A stretch of 61,793 nucleotides of DNA, filler included. It is 8 parts of 8 records of this genome, joined end to end, with 100 filler letters (N's around TTAATTAATTAA, not from the genome) between each part and the next. Parts side by side here need not be neighbours in the genome. Positions count along the whole stretch, not along the records: positions 10,980 to 17,600 come from SRR7504441_821; positions 17,701 to 32,446 come from SRR7504441_826; 6 more parts are not named here. The stretch is one strand, 5' to 3'. Both the position numbers and the translations under genes were made by a program. This document shows, piece by piece, positions 10,980-21,719 of this stretch (its first letter is position 1; each line of letters starts with the position of its first letter). The notes under the pieces are model-generated. The model worked only from the letters and a program-made list of their open reading frames with translations. It was not told the DNA's origin and searched no databases.

Positions 10980-12728
10980 CTTGGACTCCTCGATGCCGAA
11001 GGCTCGAACGGTGTTGATCTGCTCTTTCTGTGTTGGGGTCAGCTCGTTGGAGCGCACTTGTGGCGTAGCCGGCCCTGAGCCATTCGACTCATTTGGGCCC
11101 AACCGGGCTTCGTCCCGAGTAGCTGCAGCACAACTAGTCATGGGTACAAAGGTCACTGCTTCCACGTCGAGTGCGCGCTCCTCGAGTACAATTTGCGTGG
11201 GCTGCTTTGCCTCCATCATCACTTCAGCCATAGACTCGCGCCGCAAGAGCTTGAGCCTGGGCAGTGCCCCGAACTCGGGGGCACCCGAACTGGACAGCAC
11301 GCGCACTCTGAACCGAGCCAGCCCGGCTCTGTCGCTGGCCAGTCGCTTGTACTCCACCAGCATGGTGGTCGGGAGCAACGCGAGCGAGGCGAGTGCTTCG
11401 ACTTGGGCCATCGAGCATAGGTCGATTCTGGTGCCAAACGTGGTCTTGGGCACTGTGTTCCAACGAGCGCTCTTGAGCTCTGGTCGATCGCCTTTTACGG
11501 TGACATAGATCCATTGGTTGGCCGCGTCCTGCAACGCAGCTGCGCACGCCTCCATGCAACCGTCCCCGGCTCCTGGCAGAGCCTGCAGCGTCCATTCCTT
11601 CGGATTGAGCACCACCCAGCACCGGGCTCGCCCATCGAGTCGCTGCTTTCGCCGCTCGGACGCCCTCTGCGGAGTGGCCTGTATTCGGGCGCCCGGGTCT
11701 GCTCCTTGCAGCTCGGGCCAGGCCATCGGCGGTTCGGCCGGGGCGCTGGTGCTGGCGGCTTCTAGAAGCAGATCGTCGTCGATCACAGTGATGCCCTCCT
11801 CAATAGCCTGCTCAGTCTGGTTCAAGACAAGTACGCTGCCCGGCCGGTGCGTCTGGCTGTCGCTCGAGCTAGCCTGGCTGGTGAACTGGAACAGCGACTC
11901 GACCACCAGCCGGGCCTCTTCGCGCAGCTGCTCGATCTCGGCCACTGGCTCGCTGGCCGCCGCAGCCGCGTGGTCAAACACTCGGGTGACAGCCGGCTTT
12001 TTGACCCGCAGGTGGGTGGCCAGATGCTTGTCGAGCTGCTCACACTCGGAGCGCTCGAGCAGCCGCCGGCTGACCGGGTGCACAAAGTTGGCGGAGGAGA
12101 TGAGGTACTTCTCGAGCATCCTCGGGTCAAAGTAATAGTTTACGTGCGCATCCGCCGGCAGCTTGAACGGCGGGTAGGCCAGGCTGCTCACAGACTCCAG
12201 CGTGATCGGGTCCACATCCGGTAGCTGGTGCCACCACTGCTTGCGCCGCGCCTTTTTGGCCGGCGCAGGCTTTGCTGCCGATGGACCCGGCTGGTTCTTT
12301 GCTGCCGCAGCGGGCGCCGCAGCCTGGTCCATGTCGGACTCGGCTGGGGCGGGTGACGGTCCCACGAGCTGCTCGAGCTGCCGCGTGGCCTCCGCCCGCC
12401 GCTGAATCAGCTCGTGCGAGGTCCGGTCCGTGGCGTCGAACAGCTCGAGCAGCCGTGGGCTCGGCTGCCCGCGGTGCTGCTTGAGGTGCGCCTCCAGCCT
12501 GGCGACCTCGTGTCTGGTGATCGGCCGCCGGCTGACCGGGTGCTCGAAGCTGGCGCCGGCCCACAGGTAGTCCGCCAGCGTGAGCCCGTCCAGCGAGCAG
12601 GCCGTCTGCGGGTCCAAGTCCAGCCGGAACGCCGGGCAGCCCAGCTCCGACAGCGGCCTGAGCGAGATCGGGTCCAGAGCAGGCGGCTTGCTCGGCCGCT
12701 TCCGCCGCCGGGGCGGGTCCTTCGGCAT
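10980..12728 (-). CDS. Protein with two tandem U-box/RING-like domains, 3'-truncated (possible UBA-like start at the break)
   Basis: Repeated module 'DPISLRPLSELGCPAF...LDGLTLADYL...FEHPVSRRPI' and 'DPITLESVSSLAYPPF...FDPRMLEKYL...FVHPVSRRLL'. Likely ATG at 12728 (MPKDPPRRRK). Confidence 0.65.
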
Positions 12729-12801
12729 GGAGCACCTCGTGTCAACTCGACCAGTCTCGGCGGTTCGCCGCCTTGCGCCAACACTGCGTGCCGTTGTTTC
12801 A

Positions 12802-15800
12802 ATGCAGCCCGAGCCGATCGACGCCAACCTGCACAGCCGGGCCATCCCCGTGTGGTGCTGCTCCTTCCAGCGGAGCTGTTACCGACTGGCAGGGGGGTGG
12901 ACGGGCTCCGCTCGATGGCCAGCAGCAAGGTGCTGCTGCTCGGGGCCACTGGGCTCGGGGCAGAGATCGGTGCGCCACCAACCGGCCGGGCCCGAGCCGC
13001 GGCGGCAGCCAAGAACATCGTGCTGGCCGGGGTGAACGCGCTCACTGTGCACGACCTCGGGCTGACCACGGCCGCCGACCTCGGGGCTCAGTTCCTGCTG
13101 CGAGAGGCCGACATCGGCCAGCCGCGGGCTGCCGCCTGTGTGCCGCGGTGATGGCCCGCCCAGCCCGGGGCGACCGGTGGCGGTCAGGCTGCGGGAGCTG
13201 AACGGGTCGGTAACAGTAAGCCACACGAATGCGCCGCTGGCGGACGGGACGGTGCTCGAGCACCAGGCGCCGAGTCCCGGCGGGGGAGGGCCGAGCAGCC
13301 GCAGGTGTTAGTGGCCACGGACAACCGGTCGTGGAGCGAATTGTGTCGGCTCAACCGGCTGTGCCGGGCGCACGGGATCAAATTCATTGCTGCCGACACC
13401 CGAGGGCTGGCTGGGTCGGTGTTTGTGGACTTTGGAGACGAGTTTGAGGCAGTCGCGCAGCGGGTCCCCGGGGACGAGCCGCGGGGCAGGTGCGAGATGA
13501 CGGCGAGCCTGCCAAGTGGTGCATGGTGAGCAGCATAGCGGCCGAGCCGGGCGAGTCGGCCGTGGTGAGTTGCTGCGATGAGAACGAGCAGCCACGGCAT
13601 CCGTTTGACGATGGCGACATTGTGAGGTTCAAGCACGTGGAGGGGATGGTGGGATTGGATGATGATCGGCAGTTCACTGTGCGCTGCACCGGGAGCGAGG
13701 TCTTCTCTGTGGACGGCGTGGAGGGGAGCGGCCGCGGTGGGATCGCGCAGCAGCTCAAGCGGGCACATACAAGAAGCTTTTGCTCGCTAGAGGAGAGCTG
13801 CAAGCAGCCTGTGTTGCGTGACCTGGACTTCAGCCAGCCGTCCCGGGCTCGGCATTTGCACGAGGCGTTTCAGGCGATCTACCGGTAACAGTATTCCGCC
13901 AACGCTAGGCTGAGCCAGGGTAGGTGGCAAGAAGAGCATGACGGACAGCTCCCTGAAGACCTGGAGTCGGCCGCAACCATCGCCAGCTGGGTGTCCGAGC
14001 CGGCTGCGGAGCTAGCCAGCACCCTGTCCGCGATGGCCTCTGCTCAGATCAGTCCGGTCGCGTCGGTGATTGGCGGGGTTGCGGCCCAGGAGGTGCTCAA
14101 GGCGTGCACAGCCAAGTTCGAGCCGCTGGACTGCTGGCTCTACTACGATGCGCTCGAATGCATCCCGGACGGCCATCAGCCGAGCGTCGGGCCGGCCGAC
14201 CGGTACAGCGGGATGGCAACGGCGTTTGGCCGGGATCGGCTGGAGGGCACGCTGATGGAGCTGTGCCCTTTTGTGGTGGGGGCTGGGGCGCTCGGGTGTG
14301 AGATTCTCAAGAATTTGTGCATGATGGGCGTCGGCTCGCGAGCGGGCGGAATCCAGATGACGGATATGGACACGATCGAGGTTTCCAATCTCAACAGACA
14401 GTTCCTGTTCCGACCAAAGGTGCAGCCTGGGCGTGACCTGTTGTGTCACTCTGCTTACAGGACGTGGGCAAGCCCAAATCTGATATCGCTGCTGCTGCCG
14501 CAGTTGAGATGAATCCAGATTGCACCGTGCACGCCCGCACCGAGGCGATGGGTTTGTAGCGGCCTGTATGGGGGCGAGCCTGTGTCTGGCAGGAAGCGCC
14601 ACCGAAAAAGTGTTCAATGGCGAGTTTTGGGGCCAGGTTGGGCTAGTTGTGCTGGCATTGGACAATCACGAGGCCCGGCGGTACATGGACAAGCAGTGCA
14701 TCCACTACTGCAAACCGCTGCTCGACCAGGGCACTGAGGGCACCAAGGGCCACACCCAAGTAGTGGTGCCGCACACGACTCAGTCGTGGGGCGTGAATGA
14801 CGACGAGGTTCGGCCCACGCTGGCAGTATGCACAGTCAAATTCTTCCCTTACAAGATCGAGCATGTGGTGCACTGGGCACGAGACCTGTTCGAAGGCAGA
14901 TTCAAGGAGGAGCCGGGCGCTGTCAATAAACTGGCACAGGACAGGCCCGGGCTGATGGATGGCCTGGCACGGCGACCGGACAAGCTGGCCGTAGTCCGGC
15001 AGCTGATTGCTAACACCGGCCCTGGCCGCCCGGAGAGCTTCGAGCAATGCGTGGCCTGGGCCCGTCGACTGTTCGAGCAGCTGTTTGTGCATGACATTCT
15101 GCAGCTGCTTTACATGCACCCAGCCAGTTCGACCAGCGATGATGGAGTCCCGTACTGGTCGCCTCCGAAGCGGTCTGCCGTGCTGCCCGGGCCTCTTGAT
15201 CTAGCATGGCAGGAAACCGACTGAACTTCGTTTCGATCCGACAGATGAGCTGCACTTAGAGTTCATCGTGGCCTCCGCCAGTCTGCGCGCGACGGTGTCT
15301 GGCAGGCCGGAGGGCTGTGTGTAGCTTTGAGCAGGTGTATGGCATCGAGTGCCCCGCCCCTGATCGGGACTGGCTGTGTGCCGCGCTCGAGCGGGCGTCT
15401 GTGCCCGAGTTTGTGCCCAACTCGCTTGCCCGGATACCGCAGAATGACAAGGAGCACAACGAGCAGGAGGCCGATCCGGCCCAACTGCATCAATTTGACC
15501 AAACTGCAGCCGAGCTCCCGAGCAGCCAGGCAGTGGCAGTGGTGAGCCCGCAGGAGTTTGAGAAGGACAATGACGATAATTTCCACGTGGACTGGATCAC
15601 GGCATGCGCCCAGCTGCGCTGCGCCAACTACGGGATCCCACCCGCGGACCGCAATCAGATCAAGGCAAGCGATTAGCCGGATCTGGTTAACAAGCTAGGG
15701 CAGGTGATGGCTGGCAACATAATCCCTGCGATTGCGACCGCCTCGGCGCTGGTTGCTGGGCTGGTTTCGCTTGAATTGATCAAACTGGCATGGGGCAAGC

Positions 15801-16266
15801 CACACGCGGCGTACAGGAACGCCCAATTCAACTTGGCTAACAACCTGATGCTGTTTTGGGAGACGCTGCCGCCCCAAAAGCAGACGGTGGGCGCGCTCGA
15901 ATGGAGCGAGTGGGATACGATTCGATTGGATAAAGGCGACCTGACGCTGGCGGAGCTGATTAGTGAGCTCGAGGGGTACTTGGAAGAGCGAGAGGCGGGG
16001 GTGGAGCTCAATCTGGTGAGCCACGGAGCCACCCCGCTGTACATGGCGATCATGCCCAAGGCCAAGAAGAAAGAGCGGCTGCAGATGAAGGTAACTGGTC
16101 CCCGCTGCCTAAGCGCTAATGGTTTGGGCTGGAGGTGTCAGAGGTGGTTGCTGGGCTGTCCGAGGAGGGGCTGCCGGAGGGCAACACACTGACTTTGACG
16201 ATTGATGGGGAGGACGATGATATGGAGTGTGTCGATCTTCCCAGAGTGTTGTACACCTACAGATAG
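12802..16266 (+). CDS. UBA1: Ubiquitin-activating enzyme E1 (UBA1/UBA6-like), about 12 introns, roughly 1000 aa
   Basis: Motifs '[15 protein letters not shown]', '[18 protein letters not shown]', '[14 protein letters not shown]', '[18 protein letters not shown]', '[12 protein letters not shown]', '[15 protein letters not shown]', catalytic '[13 protein letters not shown]', 'FEKDND', '[10 protein letters not shown]', and a C-terminal UFD ending '[10 protein letters not shown]'. Confidence 0.92.
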
Positions 16267-16620
16267 GTACTGTTCAATGCCATGAGTGCTCACACAGCAA
16301 TCTCGCGATTGATCAAGAGTGAAATCTTACTTCCCTAGCATGTATAATTAAGAATTGTCTAGATCTAATAATACATGACATTGTATATGTATTCAGCATT
16401 CATGATTGTACTTGTTGTATAATCATTATTGTAATAGCTACACTGTAGCTGCCTCATGATATCGATTGTGGTCGGTACGAGTACAGTGCACAAGATGCAT
16501 GAAGGATAGGTACCACTGTACATAGTACATGCTGGATTCGGATGTACCGGGATATTCAGTAAATTGACTGAGGTTTAGTTGAATCGAGTTTTAATCACAA
16601 TTGACCAAATTTAAAGTTTA

Positions 16621-17478
16621 TTATAAGTGAGTGTCATACTCGTACAACTCAAAGTACTCACCCAATCGGAACCGCTCCTCGCGCGTATCACCCGTCGGCC
16701 TCTCCTCATACTGGCTCATCGGAATCACCCGGAAGTCCAGCGAGAGCCGGGTCACCCCGGTCTCGTTCACCATGTTATAGTGCCTGCAGGTGGCGCTGCT
16801 CCAGCACCGGAACTGGCCATACCGCATCTCAAACGGCTCAAAGTCGCCCTCCCCCGACCGGCTCTCGGCCCACACGCTGTTCGAGCCAGACATGTCGGTC
16901 AGCGCCAGCACAAAGGTCAGCTCGCCGGCCTGGTGCCCATAGTCGGTGTCCCTGTGCATGCCTACCCGCTCCTGCCCGGCCTCGCTCTCCCGCCGACCTA
17001 GCACCGTCTCGCCCGGCACGTGCACCCGAAAGCACGGCTCTCGCTGCACTGCAAACCGCCCGGTCGGCTCGTCGAATAGCGGGAGGACCGCCTGCCGCAC
17101 AAACTGGCGGTAGAGACCCACGAACTGCGGGTACTCGCCCGCCGACATCAGCTTCTCCCGGGCCCAGGTGGCGGCCATCCCGCCGCGCTTGTTGAGCACG
17201 CACGCCTGGAGCGACTGGCGCAGCACGTACCGCTTGTATTCCTTGGACCCCAGGGCCAGTCCGGCCGCTCCGCGTCGCGTGGCCTCCCGACGGCGCTCCT
17301 CCAGGGCGTCGGCCGCGCGCAGGTGGAGCTGGTCGAGCGGCTCGACTGCCAGCATCGACTCGAACAGCTCCCGGAACCCCCATCGGGTCCGGTCGAGCGT
17401 CAGGTACCCCTGCGCCGGACAGACGCCGCCTGCGAGGTCCCGCTCCGGCTCTGCAGACGGCATAGAGATGAATTCCAT
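16621..17478 (-). CDS. StrG-like 2OG-Fe(II) oxygenase, intronless
   Basis: 'FAVQREPCFRVHVPG', 'HRDTDYGH...LTDMSGSNSVWAES...GDF' and 'CRHYNMVNETGVTRLSLDFRVIP' are the characteristic motifs of the StrG-like family. Confidence 0.75.
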   Translation of the reverse strand: MEFISMPSAEPERDLAGGVCPAQGYLTLDRTRWGFRELFESMLAVEPLDQLHLRAADALEERRREATRRGAAGLALGSKEYKRYVLRQSLQACVLNKRGGMAATWAREKLMSAGEYPQFVGLYRQFVRQAVLPLFDEPTGRFAVQREPCFRVHVPGETVLGRRESEAGQERVGMHRDTDYGHQAGELTFVLALTDMSGSNSVWAESRSGEGDFEPFEMRYGQFRCWSSATCRHYNMVNETGVTRLSLDFRVIPMSQYEERPTGDTREERFRLGEYFELYEYDTHL

Positions 17479-17700
17479 TTTAATTAACCGAACTCGTACT
17501 GTACCATTTATCTATTATAGTACACACCTAGACCTTACCTGAGTTAGAAATGCACCAAAGGCTACAGCTGTAGAAATCTTGTTTCTTTACACCGCGCTGA
17601 NNNNNNNNNNNNNNNNNNNNNNNNNNNNNNNNNNNNNNNNNNNNTTAATTAATTAANNNNNNNNNNNNNNNNNNNNNNNNNNNNNNNNNNNNNNNNNNNN

Positions 17701-20005
17701 GGACGAACGCACAACCAGCATCCCGACCGTCGATCCCAACCCCACCCCACCGCCTGTGGACCAGTACCGCATAAGCCACCTCAAGGCCCCAGTCCCGGAT
17801 ATCCTAACGCAGATGATTGATGAACGGCGGGACAACCACGGGTGCACCGTCGGGGGGCACATCATCCCTGCCGATCAAGTGGCCTTCAGCCAGAAAGCTG
17901 GCCAGGTCGAAGTGTTAGCCCCTGGCCGGCGACGGCTCTGGCATCCGATGCGGGAGCTGATCGGTCAATTCGACATTGCGTCCGAGTCGATCCAAGTGGC
18001 CAACTGGCACTTTGTCCGGATCATGCCCGGCGAGGTCGGCCTAGCCCTGCACTGCGGGACCCCACACATCCTCGAGGAAGGCAGGCATCTGCTCACGGCG
18101 CCCGATTGGCTGTTCTCGGGGAAGAAGAAGGTGACCGAGTTTGACATCAGCTGGCCCGACTGCCCGGCGCTGAGGATCATCCGAGTCCGGCCAGGGCACA
18201 TGGCGTTGCTCTTTGAGAACGGCGCTCCAAAGTGGCTGCCCAGCCGGACCGAGCCTTATGAGTTCATCAAGCCGATGCAGGAGTTTATCAAAGTGGGCGA
18301 TTTGATGAAAGACGCCATCTGCCTGGACGACGGCAACACGCTCGACATCGTGCGGGTCCGGCCCGGCTGCATCGGGCTGGCATGGCAGGATTCTAAGCCG
18401 GTGATCCTAGCTGAAGGGCTGTACGAGCTGCGAGCCCCGAGGCACCAGTTTATCAAGGTTTCTTCAGCCATGGACGAGGAGATCCGGTTAGACTTGTCCA
18501 ACTCACTCGACATCGTCCGAGTGCTCCCAGGCAAGGTCGGACTCGTGTGGGAGGACGCGCAGCCCCGTCTGCTGCACGCTCGGACTGAGCCTTACGTGCT
18601 AAAGAAACCGCAGCAGCAATTTGTTAAGTTGGTCTCTCTGGAGACCGAGCATATTCACTTGGCTTCGCTGCACTTGATCACGCTCAAGACCGGGTACCGA
18701 GGGGTGGTCTGGGTGAATGGGACCGCTCACATCATCGAGGAAGGCCAGCACTGCTTCTATGAGGAGAACTTCATCTTTGGAGGCAGCATGGACGTGAGCA
18801 CAAAGCATTACCAACTCGGACCCTTCCACTACATCACCGTTGACGCCGGTGAGGTGGGCGTCAAGCACACCAAGGGTAATCTGGAGGTTTTGGCACCTGG
18901 AAATCACGTCATCCGCACCCAGGACGGCGAAACTTTCCATGGGTTCACTTCCGTGCAGCAGCAAGTTATGCTAATCGAAGCCCTCGCGGTGCGCACAAGC
19001 GACAACGTGGACCTGCTGGTCGACGCCGTGCTCACATTCAAGGTGCAAGATCCGCAGAAGGCGCTGCGGGACGTGAAGGACCTGACCGAGCTCCTGAGGC
19101 AGCGCTCGTTCACCACGTTGAGCAACATCTTTGCGCACATTAATTACAGCGAGAAGGCAGTGCCGATCATGCCCGCCCAATCCGACAGGCAGCCCAGCCA
19201 CATGCCGCCAGCGTATGACGGGGACGACCTACCGAGCTATGAGATGAACACTGAGGTGCAACGCGAGTTTCTGCTGGCAATCCAGACCACATCGGTTCAA
19301 GACTGGGGCGTGGCCATAACAGACTTGTCGGTGGACAATATTAAGGTGGTGAACGAGGAGCTTGCCAACGATCTCAAGCAGCGCGCGCTCGTGACGATCC
19401 AAACCGAGAACGCCCAGAAGAATGCCGAGGCCAAGCGGCGGGTGGACTTGATGAATTCTGAGAAAGAGGTGGCTCAGCTCAAGTTTGCAGCCGAGGGCAA
19501 GCAAGTTCAGGCAATCGCCGAGGCTGAGGCACAGGCCAAGGCCAAGATTGCGATTGCGGAGGCGGATGCTCAGGCCCAGGCTCGAAGGAACGAGATGGAG
19601 ATTCAGAGGGCCAGGGCGGAGGCTGAGGCTAGTAGGATCAGGGCTGAGGCCAAGGCGGAGGCTGATCGGGTGATGAAGGAGATGGAGATGGAAATGAGCC
19701 TAAAGAAGGCGCAGGCAGAGGCTGAGGCGCTCGAGGTGCTCGCTAAGGCGAATCAGAAGAAGGTGGAGGCCGAGGCCGAGGCGATGCGACTGCTGGATGA
19801 GAACGCTCTCAAAGTAAGGATGTGGACGCAGCAGGTCGAGATGGCCAAGGAGATGTTTAAGAATCAGCGCACGTTCGTCGACACGAGTCAGATGCCCAAG
19901 ATGGCCGAACTGCTGAACATGAGCGCCGTCAGTGCCATGGGGCTGCTGCCCGGGATGGCTGCCTGTATGAGCGAAGAGGGCACCGGCGCTGACGCAGCGA
20001 CATAA
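17701..20005 (+). CDS. SPFH/band-7 protein with about 6 N-terminal beta-repeats and a long C-terminal AEA-rich coiled coil (vacuolin/flotillin-like), 5' possibly partial
   Basis: Repeats of 'I.RV.PG..GL.....P..L..G'. SPFH core 'VRTSDNVDLLVDAVLTFKVQDPQKAL...WGVAITDLSVDNI'. Tail 'AEAEAQAKAKIAIAEADA'. Confidence 0.85.
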
Positions 20006-20277
20006 CTATCGAGTCGACTTTTATATATGACTTTAATACATGTGATATTTACTATACTTAGTCATGCATGCACTTGGCTATACTCAAGATTAATATATGT
20101 ATTCACGTATGTGTACATAGCAGCTGTGTTATGGTATGGGGTAAACCATTGGTATTTCTGAGATACAACGACTCGTGATTGTGGTTTCATTAATTTTGAT
20201 TTTATTAATATCTTTTGCTAGCAAGCCAACATGCGGCCATCTACTGTGTGTGCACACGCATCACATGAGCCTAGAGC

Positions 20278-21492
20278 TCAGCGCTGCAGTTTCTCATCGG
20301 ACCACTCCATAACCGGCTCGTTCTCCCGTTGGGTAAGCAGTTCATACCCGTCCTCCGTAACTAGCACCATGTGCTCAAATTGAGCCGACCGCTTGCCATC
20401 GATCGTGACCGAGGTCCAGTCATCTGGCCATGTGCGGTCCTGCCAGGTGCCCAGGTTGATCATCGGCTCGACAGTAAACACGTGCCCCGGAGCCATCACC
20501 CCCACCGCCTTATTCTTATTGTAATGCGGTACATTCGGCGCCGTGTGGAACAACTGACCTATCCCGTGTCCACAGTAGGTCTTCACCACCGAGCACCCGT
20601 CCTGCCTCGCCCTCGCGTGGATCACCGGCCCTATATCTCGGTACAGCGTCCCGGGCCGCACCAGTGCCAGCGCAGCCTGAAGGCACTCAAATGCACACCG
20701 GACCAGCTTGCGGCCGTCCTCGTCCACATTCCCGACCATAAAGGTCTCATTGAGGTCTCCGTGGTAACCGTTCACGTAGATGGTGACGTCGATGTTCACC
20801 AGATCCCCGTCCTTGAGTACATACCCGTCCGGTATACCGTGACAGATCACCTCGTTCACAGAGGTGCAAACAGACTTCGGGAACCGGAAGTAATTCAGCG
20901 GGCTCGGGTAGCCGTTCCGCTCGATCGTAGCCTCGTGCACCACCCGGTCCAGCTCGTCGCAGGTGACCCCAGCCTTCACCGCCCGTCCGGCTGTGTCCAG
21001 GATCTCGCGCCCCATCCGCGCCGCATGCCGTATCCCAGCCTGTTCCTCCTCCGAATACACCGGGATGTGCCTCTTCTTCCGGTCCTGGGTGCGCTCGGAC
21101 AGCGACACACCGTCTGCCCGCTCGCCGTAGTCAGGCCGCGGGATGTGGGCCGGCACACTCCTGGATGGGTGCATGGGCATCGCGCGCAGCGAGCCGGTGT
21201 AGCTATACCCTTCGAAGCCTTGGCGCGGGACCAGCCCCACTGGCTGGCGCGCCACGTACGCGGCCTTCATGGCCTTGTGCACCCCCTTGTGCTCGGCCCA
21301 GGAGGCCTTGAAGCACTCCTGACCGCAGAACAGAGTGGTTACCTCGTACTTTTGGCAGGTCGGGCAGGCCATCACGGCCGGCTTCTCGCAGCCGGTCGAG
21401 GCGCACGGCACGCACACCGACTCGCCGTCGAGCTGCATCGGCTCCGCCCCGCCCGCCTGCTCCGCCTCGGCCGCGCTCCCCTCCGCACTCAT
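20278..21492 (-). CDS. METAP1: Methionine aminopeptidase 1 with N-terminal zf-C6H2
   Basis: Zinc finger 'CPTCQK...FCGQECFKASWAEHK' and catalytic motifs 'YPSPLNY..FPKSVCTSVNEVICHGIPD', 'HGDLNETF', 'YCGHGIG', 'EPMIN', 'SAQFEH'. The ATG at 21492 is preferred over the ORF-track GTG. Confidence 0.97.
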   Translation of the reverse strand: MSAEGSAAEAEQAGGAEPMQLDGESVCVPCASTGCEKPAVMACPTCQKYEVTTLFCGQECFKASWAEHKGVHKAMKAAYVARQPVGLVPRQGFEGYSYTGSLRAMPMHPSRSVPAHIPRPDYGERADGVSLSERTQDRKKRHIPVYSEEEQAGIRHAARMGREILDTAGRAVKAGVTCDELDRVVHEATIERNGYPSPLNYFRFPKSVCTSVNEVICHGIPDGYVLKDGDLVNIDVTIYVNGYHGDLNETFMVGNVDEDGRKLVRCAFECLQAALALVRPGTLYRDIGPVIHARARQDGCSVVKTYCGHGIGQLFHTAPNVPHYNKNKAVGVMAPGHVFTVEPMINLGTWQDRTWPDDWTSVTIDGKRSAQFEHMVLVTEDGYELLTQRENEPVMEWSDEKLQR

Positions 21493-21719
21493 ACTAGTAC
21501 GGCCAGGTACTTGACACCAGCGACTGGTGTCTAGTACGGCCGCGCTCCCTTCGAAGCCGTGGCGCTCGCTCGTGGGGTCGTGCACGGTGCGAGTGTTTTG
21601 TCCGTTGAGTTCAGCTGAGCAGCTGCAGGCCGGCGGGCAGTCTGCAGCAGTACGGCGCGGCAGCAGAGCCTGACTCGCTAGACGTCTGTACTAGACACCA
21701 GCGGAGCACTGCGGAGCCG

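Noticed and set aside
12802..16266. Apparent frameshifts and stops suggesting pseudogenes or programmed frameshifting in E1, UTP25, GMC and the RhoGEF gene
   Set aside because: Each break I examined is resolved by a short GT-AG or GC-AG intron that restores conserved motifs.
20371..21534. Long antisense or overlapping ORFs (for example 387 aa opposite MetAP1, 43249-44637, 41236-42333, 51824-52708)
   Set aside because: These are shadow ORFs expected from high GC and codon bias. They have no recognisable motifs, and the opposite strand or another frame carries the conserved gene.
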